Shown piece by piece: positions 52,523-64,000 of a DNA stretch of 64,000 nucleotides. Every line of letters begins with the position of its first letter. The stretch's first letter is position 1. The stretch spans positions 7,998,001 through 8,062,000 of the forward strand of contig OZ004609.1 of assembly GCA_963924565.1 (NCBI GenBank). The letters are read 5' to 3'. This DNA is from Ascidiella aspersa (taxonomy: Eukaryota). The position numbers and the translations under genes were made by a program. The notes below the pieces were generated by a model. The model had not been told where the DNA came from, did not search any database, and worked only from the letters and a program-made list of their open reading frames with translations.

Positions 52523-54521
52523 AGCATAGCTTCCTTAAAGTTTCCTTAAATCAACGGTGTTCAACCTGCGGCTGCACAACCGCATGCAGAATGTCTATGC
52601 GGCCGTTAACACATATTTTAATAAGCATGTGTCGGCGGCCGTGCCCGTCCTGCCATGCGTTAATGCTTGATATGCTAAATAAAGATTAATATTAAAATAA
52701 GTTGATTTCATTAATTAGTTGATGCACAAAGAAATCAGCGTAGGAGATGTGTAACAATCTGAATTGTGATGTAACATAGAGATAAAATAAGAATTGACGA
52801 TACATAATAATTAACGGCTGAACAGGCATTAGTATGCGAGTTATGAATGGAATTATGGAAAAACTGTGGGTCGTTTGAGCGGTAGTTATAGAAAGCTTTG
52901 GTTAAACGAAAAAGATTGTGTGAATGTATCCTAAATTGTTATTTAGCAAATGGAGAGAGAATAGATGGAGGATTAAATTGCCAGACACACAAATATTTCT
53001 GTATTTTGTTATTAGCAAACCACGACAGTAGCTGCAGTGGCCATACGTTGATACAAACTTACATTTTCCTTATGCTGAAACAGATTGGCTAAGAGCATTG
53101 TAAGCGGGGTGGATCCAGAGGGGGGCACCTGACCATGTCCCTAAAATATATATTTTTTGCAAATTTCTATGTAAATAAAATTTTTTTTCTTTTTTGCCAA
53201 ATTTAAATCTAACAAACGTTTTTTTTTCTCGCTTCGCGCGATTGCATTGCATTTCAGTATCATATTGTTCCACGAGTTTGTAAGACAACAAAACGTCTTT
53301 TTAAGATTAATTTTTTTTTATGACGTCACGTTTTGACAACTTTCTGAGTAATCCCTACAAAAATTCAACTGGTGGCCGTGAGAAAACTGTAGATTGTCAA
53401 AGCGGCCATCACGAGCTAAAACGTTGGGCACCCCTCGCTCAAACCGTTTAACAACATTTTTTTTGGTTTTCGACCGTATTATCATTACACGATTTAAGTG
53501 TGAAAAAATGTCCAGCCGTTCTATAGTTTACACAATCCTGTAAGCATAAGATTCGGATAGGATAGGATATAAATCCTATCAGAATAAGTGTCAGACTCTG
53601 CAAACTATGAAAAGCTTCAGTACAACTGAGGTTCCCAACCGGGTGAAATTCCCCAATACAGGGTGAGGAGTGGATGAAGTTTCAATGGGAGAAATCTGTT
53701 GGTTTTGTTAGAAATTGTATTTATTTGAAGAGACTATCGTCAGTGTTGGCATTATTGATACAAACACCCTTTTTCCTTTCTGCTAATTATTTTCATTAAC
53801 ACTCTTTTTATTTTTTCTCTTAATTGTTTTTTTTATTAGGGCAAGGCCATCCCTCTTTTATGAGGGCAAACGTCATCTATATTCACATAAGACTGCGCTT
53901 GAAAGTGGGGTAAATCAACGGGTAAAGGTTGGGTGGTTCAAATTGGAAGCCTCGAGGTAACATAATGTTCACAAACCTGGGAAATGACAGACCATTGAGG
54001 ATTAACGATGATACCGTAAACAAAACCTTTTTTACGAAAACGTTAACGCATAAATAGTGGATTATGGGCATATTATCAACGACACAGTTGAGTATTGGCC
54101 CTACGATAATCTCACATAAACTAGTACAGTTTTTCCCTAACAGTAAAACAATTTTAGAACATAGTAAACTAGTTTCGGCCATCCCTGGAACATGTTTAAC
54201 TAATTATAACATTGCCGATATAATGCCTATGAAGACGCCAGTCATTTCAGACACATTTTGAACTTTCTAAAGCAGAAATCACTATTCTCTCTCTGTCATC
54301 TTTGGTGAAAGGCCAATTGAATAATGGTAAAGTTTTAATAGTTGGCAATGTATGACACGGTAAAAATTTCGTGTGTTGATTTATTTTATTTTTACATTTC
54401 GCTCAATTTACATCTTCAGATTTTAAATTGGTAACAATGCAAAGAAAACGATTAGCACATGAATAAATTTTGTAACGTGTCAAAGAAATTTACAATCGAA
54501 ATTATATGGAAATCAATGTTT

Positions 54522-57500
54522 TCACGCCCCATGTCTATTACGCATTTCCTTGACAAATTCGTCGAACAAGCTGGTGTCCACCTTTACCACGTCGGCCAGA
54601 GTGTACTGCGTTTTCTCACCCAGCTCATTGATTTTGCGATCCAATCGTTGCTCGTCAAAGGTTCTGGTCAAAACAATAATGTTTGTCTCGCTGACAATCA
54701 TTCTTGGAATATTTTTTGGTAAAGCAAACAGCTTTACCGTCTAGGGTATAATTATCCAAATACATAAGTTGTTAAGAATATAGAAAAAAATATTCGTTAA
54801 AATCGGAACGTTACCGGGGATTCTCAGCATAAAATATGTAGGCCTAATGATAAAATTGACCATGAACAGCATCCTAACGCAAAAGGCAAAATTCAACCAC
54901 CTAACGTGAAAATTATGATTATTGTAGCCTACTTATCAATTTGATCAATATTGAACTTTTGAACATGGTCATGGCGTTTTATCGCGGCAATAATCGTCGC
55001 CAAAAATTATCGTGTATCAGTATCTAAATAAAATACCAAGTGTCAGACATGCCTATACAACAATGGAAAACAAACTAAAATACTTAAATCCAGTGCAAAA
55101 ATTGGGTATATTGTTGTTTTCTACACCTACTCACTTATTGTACACCTGTATGAAAAAATAAAATTGAAGCCGAAACACGGGGAGCCGGTAGAGCTTTTAC
55201 CACTTAATACCTTAAATAAAGTGGGCCTATATCGTAAAATCGACCCCTGAAAAAAGAAGGTAGTTCTATGTCTATCAATGTGTTCAAGAATTGGCGTTCA
55301 TAATTTATTTTGTTAATATGTCATTTTATATAACCTTGATCCAAATATACCTGTAAACAATGCTTGCGAAACCTCCAATGAGATTAGTCATTTCTGTTTT
55401 TGATAAGGAGTTGTCATCATCTATGTCAGCCTGAGACAAAGGAGCATATTTAGCAAGTACTTACGCAAAAACCGAAAAATGCGCTTTGATTTAGGTCCGA
55501 TAATAATGTCAAAATATATTTATAGCATCTTTAAATGACTATCGCTGCAGTTCAAAACCCCCAAAATCCCCAAAACAGAATGTTATTTCGTTGTTTATTC
55601 TTGTGTGCCGACATCTGTTTTTTTTTCATTTTTCCTTTAGTATATAGTACCCGGCGAAGCGGCAACCCACATATAAGGCCTTGCGACCCGCGTGGAATTC
55701 GCGACCCTCAGTTTGAAAACCACTGTAGACAGAACATAATTATTAGAGCAGATAGTCTTGGCGTAGCATATTATAATGATATAAAAACGGCTGTGTTTAA
55801 ACGACCCTAGTACAGCAAATGGTCTATTAATGATCTAAAATAATATTGTTGATGGGCAATTTGATGCTGATGTGGCTCTGTCAATATGCAAACAAACTCG
55901 AAAACAAACAAATGATATAATTTATGTTAAAAAACAAAATGCGTAAACCAGGGGTGTCCAACTCAAACATGCCAACGTGCCAATTTTTATCTTATAACTT
56001 CTTCCCGTGCCAAGTTTAGCAACCATTTTTTTCTAATATTTAAAGCGCTTTTATACAAAAATAAAAACATTATACTGTTATAATATCAGAAGAAATTGTT
56101 TGATGTCGTAATTGCTGGGATTGTTTTGTATTGTGAATAAACAATGACAAAAGACGAGACTATATTAGCTATGACCAAACAGTAAATAACTGGACAAAAT
56201 CTGGTTTATGTCAAGTTAACTTGTATTTGCCAGTCGTCAAGAATCTTACGGAACCACCGAAGTTAAGATATCAGTCAACACTTACGCGAACAATCAAAGC
56301 CGAGTATGAAACCACCGAACATAGGGTATATTCCTCCAACGTTAAATCTGAGTTACTGTCACGATCACAGGCCTCGAATTTCAATTTGTTTTCACCTACA
56401 AAGAATACAAATAATAAAAATAGCTTTTCCAAAATAGACCAATATTGGACAAATCGTGGTACATTTATATTTGTTCAGCCTTAAGACGCCAGGGGTAACT
56501 AACGCTTGTTCCATGCAGTATCAATGACTAAAACACAAATATACAAAAGCAACGTTTTACCGGAAAAATTTGATAATACCTCAACCACTGGCACGCATTT
56601 CAAATTTGTTCTTTTTATGAAACTCAAGTGTACGTGACTGTTGAATACACAGATATACATATTTGTACGTTGATATAAAAATATCGATCAAAATTACCTC
56701 GGTCAAGTCCAAACTTGGCCATTACTTTATCTGCCTCTTGCCTTGTTAACTTGTCATCGTTATTGGGGTTGATTATGCGAAAGGCTTTTTCAACATCCGT
56801 AGCAATGGCTCGACTCAGACTGAGCACTGCAACACGTCACCTTAGTTGATGTTTGTTAACAAATACCCTATTTTGTATGATTTTTTTGATCAACTTTAAG
56901 TGTAGTACGGGAAAAACAATATGGCGGGGAAGTGATTAAGGGAGAAGAAATGAAAAAATGGTGTATTTTATGGGATACGATAGCACGTCATACCCTAAAT
57001 ATCACGAATTTAGAAAAATATAATGCAAACATAATACATAAACGCCCTACTCAAAGAAAAGAAAAAAATTAGTTAACCAATAATCCTTTTTTATTTTGTT
57101 GTTTTAAAAATTAAAAAAAAATTGTTTAAAACGAAGTTTATTTTAAACTAAAGAAGTCACCAAACTTAGGATGTATAGGGTTTGTCACAATACTATCATA
57201 AATATTATGACGTAATGTGAATTTTAGTTTAATTTAAAGATGCATCCGACAACTTTACCAATTGTCATTTAATCAAGGCTGTTTAACCTATACATAAGCA
57301 TCATGCAGCGAGTCGTTAAAATAAACTTTCAGCCCAGTATCTTGCATGCGGAGTTTGGTGACCTAGGATTTAGGCAATACGGATTTGCTAATATTATAAA
57401 GAGAACTTTATAGCCACGAAGAAGTTTTAAAATATTTATGCATAAACATTCTTAGAAGCTGTAATGCTTACCGTTTGGGCATTGAAGTATAGAGCGAAAT

Positions 57501-58589
57501 TCTTCCGATATTGATGGGTTTATGTGATCTGCATTCAATAATGTTCTATTAAAAGTTTGAATAAATATCTAGCTTAATTTTGTGGTTTTGCGTATCCTGA
57601 GGACAGTCAGTAACATAACATGTTTAATCACTAAAATACACCGGAGGGTATGTTGATTGAAAACAATTAATATATACCAGTGTCTCTCAACCTATGGGTC
57701 GCGAACAAAGCAAAAATATGTTTTTTGTTTAATTTATTTTAAAAAGCAGAAAATATTGACTCAGATTGAAACCAAACAATAAAATTTACTTAATCACATG
57801 TATTTCATTTTTACACAAGTTTTTTCAAAAGTCACGACCGTGTCAAAGTGACGATAAACCGACTAAAATTGCAGATAACTAAAATATATTTAGTGAGTTT
57901 TGTTTTAAATTATACATTTCTTCAAAGTTTTTAAAACTGTAGGACAAAACCGAAGGCAGGGATGTATTAATTAAATTTATCTATGCGGATGACGTATGAT
58001 TTGTTCACCAAACAAAAACTTAAGTGGAAAGAATTGTTTCGTAAAAATATTGCTGTTTTCTTAAGCTAAGTATTTGGATCGTCACGACAAAAAATTGAAA
58101 AAATACTGATATATTATACAAACCAAATTTATCAACTGATTATTTTCTATCTTAACCCCCGCATTATGCTGTTAATTTTATAATTTAAAAAATGTTTGAA
58201 GCGCCATTACTTAAGCGACGGAAACTCGAAATTATATAGAGAAGACTTTTCCACAGCCAAATGTGTAATAAAAAATCGACAGAAGCCTAGTATGATTTAA
58301 CATAATTATCCTTCCGCTTCGAATCCGCTGTGCGTGTTCAAACATAAAGGCATTCAAAGCTGACAATTCGAATTTCTATAGCTCAGATATGCAACTTACC
58401 TGATGGACAGTTAAGGTAGCGGCGAACCCGTGCCGCATCAAAGTTAATAGCGAGAGAGGCGCCTGTAAGAAAACATATTTTAGCGTACACAACTACTAAT
58501 GTATAGATGAAAACAAATGAGTTTTATCAACGTCAATCACCTGCCAGATACAACAGTCCGAGTAAGGCATAAAACCGCATGACAGCCAT
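54522..58589 (-). CDS. Small secreted EF-hand calcium-binding protein, about 182 aa; coding exons 58589-58541, 58462-58400, 57528-57472, 56826-56669 (3' end uncertain), 55430-55351, 54663-54522
   Basis: Signal peptide MAVMRFYALLGLLYLAGASLA; EF loops NPNNDDKLTRQE and DIDDDNSLSKTE about 35 residues apart; GT-AG introns with matching phases; stop after ...EMRNRHGA; AATAAA on the minus strand near 54385. Confidence 0.7.
57678..58108. mobile_element. hAT MITE (diverged) in an intron of the EF-hand gene
   Basis: CAGTGTCTCTCAACC ... TTGAAAAATACTG termini; near-TSD ATATATAC / ATATATTA. Confidence 0.6.
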
Positions 58590-59969
58590 TTGTTCGCAAA
58601 CTTTTTAAAAGTTATTTTCCAGGGCTAACCACACGTAGCTGAAGTCGCGATAAAATGTCGCTCTACCTTTCAGACGGTGTTTAAGTGGCCAGACCGATTA
58701 ATTATCACCACGGGTCTCTCGAACTAACAGGCAAACAAATCAAAGGGCATTTCAATCGGCACAAACATGTTTACTAGCTGCCAGTCAGCTATTGTGCATT
58801 TTACCTTCAGTCAGCAGTTTCTGTCGTCAACAAACGGCTTGACTTTTAAAAGTCACGACACAAGTTTGTTTTCTTATTAAATCGTCAAACATTGTACCCA
58901 CATATGTAACAGCTGCTTCAGCCAGAAAACATACACCAGACATGCACAACATACGGCCCGCAACCATTAATGGGCGTTTTTTTACGCCGATTTGATTTAA
59001 ATGAGCACTTGCTTAAATGCCCGTGTATTGCAATAATTCAACAATAAGACACTATAGTAGTACGTTCGTTCGAAAGTGATCTCAGAAAGTGGACGATATT
59101 GCATCGTGTACATCAGTGTTTTTTAACCTTTTTGGGGCCACCGACAATTTATGCGTTATGTTAAATGTGGAATACAAAAATAAACTTTATAATACTGCAT
59201 TGAAACAAACAACTCAGCAGCAATTCAATCTCTTTCATTTTTTTTAGTGTGATATCTGGGCCGGCATGGATGAGAACAAAATTGATATTGGAGCTGTAAT
59301 ACTGTGCAACTACAAGGCCACAGTCTTATATTATTACACAGCACGTCTTTTTATTATACAACAATTGTTAAAATACCTCATAAAGAGAATTCAAACTGGT
59401 GATAGCTCTCATTAAACGAAAACTACTTACGCCCGTTTGTTAAAACTTAGTTTTGACCGGTGTTCCATAAAACATCAGTCAAATTAATAAGTTTCTTGCA
59501 GAACGCCTGACGATAATTCACGGAACACCGTTCAAATCACTAGTGTACTGTACCATATGTTACAATAATTACCCTCAACGTAAGCATGTTGCCTGCTGAT
59601 ATTAATTTTTAGTGGCGGCATTGTAGTAAAGTGATCTAATTAATTAAGAATATTATTGCGTCACGTAAACTTAGCCGTTGTGCCTTTTTCCATTCCTAGT
59701 TGCGCAGTCATATCCAGTGACTTCTCTCTCTCTCTCCACTCTTAGTGTTTCCTTTTACTCTCACTCTCTCTCTCGTGGTTGTGAGTTGAACTTGTTCGTC
59801 AGACGAGTAATGCCAAACTACAAGGAGCAGCCCTTTTGTAGGCTATTAAATCGGACTCGTGAATTAAGGAGTATTGGGTCGCTGTTACCCACCTTCTGAT
59901 AGGAATTACATATAAGGAGTCTTAGGGACCTAACAAAATTCCCAATAAACCTAAGGCATTAACCTAACT

Positions 59970-60181
59970 CAGTGTTTCTCAAACAGGTGAATGGTGAACC
60001 AACCAAAAGGGATGAATAAGGGTGAACCGTCAGAAACCAATGATAGCTTGCGAAATAACTCAAGTAATTTTGTGCTGTTATATATAGACGAAATAGTTTA
60101 TCATATCATGAGACAAGGTTAAATGAAATCTGGAGATAGATGCTAGGGGTGAACAAAACTAAAAAAGTTCAAGAAGCACTG
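59970..60181. mobile_element. hAT MITE
   Basis: CAGTGTTTCTCAAAC ... GTTCAAGAAGCACTG termini; near-TSD ACCTAACT / CCCTAACT. Confidence 0.7.
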
Positions 60182-62314
60182 CCCTAACTCACTACAGCTC
60201 CACTTGGAGTTGTACAGGGTATTTAATCGGTAATGCAGGTAGCAGTAAGAGGGCCACCTAGCTAACACGAAAGGTCAATACCAATGTTAAAGGTTATCGT
60301 GCTGCTAAACGTATACAATTTGGATTAGCGACCAAATTTGTATAGGTATTTTTAAACCTTAATTAAAAAAGTATTTTGTAAAAATCATTTAGGGTTCCCC
60401 TTGGCAATTAAATTAAGGTCATTGGGTGGTTGATATACGCACCAGTGTCCGACTTTGCAAAACTTTACAGCCTTCTTGCCAGTAGTGTTTTTTTAAAAGG
60501 TTATTTTTGGCATTATAGCTTTTATTGTAGCAAAGCTTTCGGTCATCTGACAATGTCACTTGTTACTGACAACAAACAAGAAACAACATCTTTTGCCAAG
60601 TCAGTCGACAAAACGAGACACTCATGCTACAAAAATTGTAAAACTTTTCCGATACACTATACGATAACTAAATATTTGAACTCTGTACAGTTCTACTCTT
60701 TTAGTTGAATACATCTCTGTAACTTTTAAATAAAATTTGGGTGCAAACCCATAAAAGTAATCACAAGGTAAACTCTAGCATTTACAGTAGCGGTTTTAAC
60801 ATCTGGGGCGCGAAGGGTAAAAAATACATTTTTACCATGTTTTCGTCGGCTTTACGAAATTCATTTACCCTAACTTCCCTAAATTCTACAAAGAAAAAAA
60901 TCTTTTAATGTAGACAAGTAGCCGATATTTTCAGCAATACGGGAATCTCTTTTATGCCTCGCATTATTTTAATTTTTAGGTCTAACCAATTTTAACCAAA
61001 CAAACGCAATTTATTTTCGCGCTTCACGTGATTAGACTTCTCTTCTTTTACATTTCGCCCACATGTTTTAAAAGATTAATTGTTTTATGACTTAACCTTT
61101 TGACGTCATGCCTGAAAAAATCGGTGTGGTAAAATGTCATGAAACTCAAACTATTGCTTATCATTCACTGAATTCACTAAAAACTATAACATACACTGTA
61201 CCATACTGGTCTGTGTCTTAGGTCGCGCGTTACTCACAATACTTTACTTAGTATTGCGCTGAAAAAAGTTTGGGGACCACTAATTTAGAGTCTTCATTTA
61301 GTTGTGCATTCCAGCACAAGTTTCTTGGCCAATTTCTGTTTCGCAAGGGAATCGTTTAAGCCCGAAGAATGCGGTATATTGAGTTCGATTTGATGCTTTG
61401 AGAGAAAACGTTAACAGCATAAGGGCACAATGCCGAAAATTTCTCATTTATTTGACTAAAATTACTAAAAACTATGTTATGCATTACAATGTATGTTTGG
61501 AATTTAAACATTTAAGGTATATACGCCTACAAATTGATGCCACGCTATTTAAAAGATTCGCTTCTTTTTTAAATGATAGGGTTAAATATTTATAGGTCGC
61601 TGTCTAACTTTAAATCCATAAAAAATATTGTGACGTTTGACTCACTTATTATCTTAATCTACGAAATGATAACAAACACTTTCAAACAGTGACCTATATT
61701 AATTACAGTTATGACTAACCAAATATATTACACTAGTAGCAACATATTCCATTATGCGGTAGATCTATATACGCCACTGCGTTTGAAAGTTTAAATCTTT
61801 CAAAAATAGTCACTTTCCTAGGTTTTAAAATTTACTCAGGTATTAATTTAATCCAACAAGCACTCGCTTCTAAATAATGACCTAACTGGTCCAATTATAC
61901 CTAGCCAAAGATGGACACCAAGTTGTTAACCGTGACAAATTCATTCAGTTAAATCTATATGCAGTACAAAAAAGTTTTCAAAATTTGATGAATAAAGATC
62001 GCTCTTTTGGTGTAAACGAAGTTATTGAACGGAAGTTTCGGCGTCATATCTGAGAAGACCTCTTTAGGATAAAAAAATTAATCGAGAATACGTTAGCCAG
62101 CTCATATTCTGTTGAAACAGTACAACAAAAGTACAATAGATTAATAATTGCTGAAAGTATACGATAAGCGCGCCAAAGTGTTACGGTGAAAAATTACATC
62201 ATTAAACAACGTGTTGTTGATCAGTCATGGCGTTCAGCTACATCGCTAAGGTGATCCGTTGGTAAATACTTTTATCTACAGCCGAAAAGCTATTTTAATC
62301 TGTTCATATGTTGC

Positions 62315-63973
62315 CTAGTGAAGCGTTTGCGCCTTTAGCTCATATAGCGGGCATAATTTTTCTCCCGGGTCGCCGCGCGTGGCGGTAGACTTCACCCAAT
62401 AGCGCTTCCGCGTCATTTTCGCTGCTTGTTGGACGGTCTGAGGCAGCGGGACGCCTTTGGTTTCTGGCAGAAACGCGCAGCCAATCGCGCTGACTAAGAC
62501 CAAGGCGGAAACGACGAGCGAAGGGATCAGATTGTCGCCTTCTTCGCCGAGGTAGTTGAGAAACGGCGCCAGAATTCCACCGAGCCTTGACGCCACAATG
62601 ACAAGACTCATAATCGTTTGTCTTGCCTTGGTGGGAAAATACTCAAGAAGGTGAACGTAAATGATAGCGTAGGACAAGCTGGTCAGAAGCTTTCCGAGCA
62701 TATTGAGCGAAATAAGAAGCGCTGTATTGCTTTCCGGCACCAGGCAAGAAATGATCAATGAAAGTCCCAGGAGTGATGTTGAAAAGACAAAGGAAGAGAC
62801 TCTTCCCAGCAAACGATCGCACGCAATGAAGACAAAACATGCAACGATTTCCACTAAGCCGGACAGTGATATGTTGACGAACCTACTTCCGCTTAGGTTG
62901 TTGGTGTTGAAAGCCAAGGCGAAGTACACCAGACCGAAGGTAAACCATATAAGAGTCGAGATGAAAAACCTCAGGACCAAAATCGGCGCCTTGGTGATTT
63001 TGACAATGGTTTGAACGACGGTGAACGACTGTTGTGTTTTGCTTTCAAGAAGTGACTCAAACTTGTTGTCACGATTTCCATTGATCTTAGCGATCTTGTT
63101 TAATATCATCTTGGCGTCGTCCACTCTTCCAGATGCGAGAAGCCAACGCGGGGTCTCGTCTATCAGCCAATAGTAAGGGACGAAGATGAGGCCGGTAAGG
63201 CCGCAAAAGCGCAGAAACCAGCGCCAATTGCGCAGCCAGTAAGCCAGTGGAGCCATAATCGCGTATCCGAGCGCATAACCCAATAACAGCACAAAATACA
63301 TGCCAAGACGAAAGTCCTTTGTTGTCATTTCGGAGCCTATAACCGTTGCGATTGAATAGTTGACCAAGCCGCCAATGCTGCTTGAAAGAAACAGAAGAGC
63401 GTAAGACCAAACCTCAGGGGCGAAGCTCAAAGCGAAAATGGATAGAAACTGCCAAGCTGTTGATGCAAGGAACACCGGGCGCCTTCCGAATCTGTCGCCG
63501 AAGTATCCGCACGCCATAGATCCCATTATCATTCCGGCAAATTGAAGCGATGAAATGAGAGGCCTGATCCAGGCCCGGTCACACACAAGGTCGAATTCGG
63601 TAACGGCCGACACCTCGACTCCTGAATAATCCATCGATTTACAGGCAATCTTTCGAGTTACATTGCTGTCCTGGGTAGTGTTTAGGCGATATTCGAACTG
63701 GAAACACTTGCTCCTGGTAACCTCGCCTTCGCTATCGCTTTCCCAAGGAATGGTCAAGTTGAGTATTTGCTCCTTTCTCAATTCAGCGCTTTGATTGGCG
63801 AGATCACTGGTTTCGGTTTCGAAGTGGCTCAGTTCTGGGACTTGGCATCTGTAAGCTGGCGTGAACTGTAGAATGAGAACTTGAAGGGATGTGAAGGCGT
63901 TCGGGATCGAGGAAAGGATTAAAAGAAAGCAGAGGCGCTTTTCATAGTATCCTAGTTTTTCTGGCCCAGCCAT
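62315..63973 (-). CDS. SLC22-family (MFS) organic ion/carnitine transporter, single coding exon, 552 aa
   Basis: Large first extracellular loop with Cys and N-glycosylation sequons ending EFDLVCDR; GDRFGRR, DETPRWL, EYFPT..R and LPETKG signatures; about 12 hydrophobic segments. A minus-strand acceptor-like AG lies just upstream of the ATG. Confidence 0.92.
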   Translation of the reverse strand: MAGPEKLGYYEKRLCFLLILSSIPNAFTSLQVLILQFTPAYRCQVPELSHFETETSDLANQSAELRKEQILNLTIPWESDSEGEVTRSKCFQFEYRLNTTQDSNVTRKIACKSMDYSGVEVSAVTEFDLVCDRAWIRPLISSLQFAGMIMGSMACGYFGDRFGRRPVFLASTAWQFLSIFALSFAPEVWSYALLFLSSSIGGLVNYSIATVIGSEMTTKDFRLGMYFVLLLGYALGYAIMAPLAYWLRNWRWFLRFCGLTGLIFVPYYWLIDETPRWLLASGRVDDAKMILNKIAKINGNRDNKFESLLESKTQQSFTVVQTIVKITKAPILVLRFFISTLIWFTFGLVYFALAFNTNNLSGSRFVNISLSGLVEIVACFVFIACDRLLGRVSSFVFSTSLLGLSLIISCLVPESNTALLISLNMLGKLLTSLSYAIIYVHLLEYFPTKARQTIMSLVIVASRLGGILAPFLNYLGEEGDNLIPSLVVSALVLVSAIGCAFLPETKGVPLPQTVQQAAKMTRKRYWVKSTATRGDPGEKLCPLYELKAQTLH

Positions 63974-64000
63974 ATTCCTCTATAACTATATATATTTTAA

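Noticed and set aside
62643-63410. Short ORFs overlapping the SLC22 gene
   Set aside because: Alternative-frame or antisense by-products with no independent coding signal.

Overview
AT-rich, intron-containing metazoan genomic DNA. The compact introns, dense MITEs and gene content suggest a marine invertebrate such as an ascidian, but this is unverified. Four protein-coding genes were assembled by hand from GT-AG splice sites and frame continuity: (1) GNPAT/DHAPAT on the minus strand (3 coding exons, about 691 aa, C-terminal PTS1 -AKL); (2) a 41-kb, 29-coding-exon plus-strand gene for a secreted mosaic protease of about 1545 aa (signal peptide, 5 MAM domains, LDL-receptor class A repeat, an approximately 296-aa basic/acidic/basic activation segment with several multibasic sites, and an S1 serine protease with intact His/Asp/Ser triad and Asn189); (3) a small secreted two-EF-hand protein on the minus strand (about 182 aa); (4) an intronless SLC22-family transporter on the minus strand. 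Introns and intergenic DNA contain hAT and Merlin-like MITEs, tRNA-derived SINEs, a decayed Penelope-like retroelement with a minimal hammerhead ribozyme, and several short 'TSD - 32-35 nt tail - hairpin - TSD' elements, most with hammerhead-like cores. The two most notable observations are the charge-balanced giant activation segment of the protease and the set of Penelope-derived hairpin/ribozyme mini-elements.
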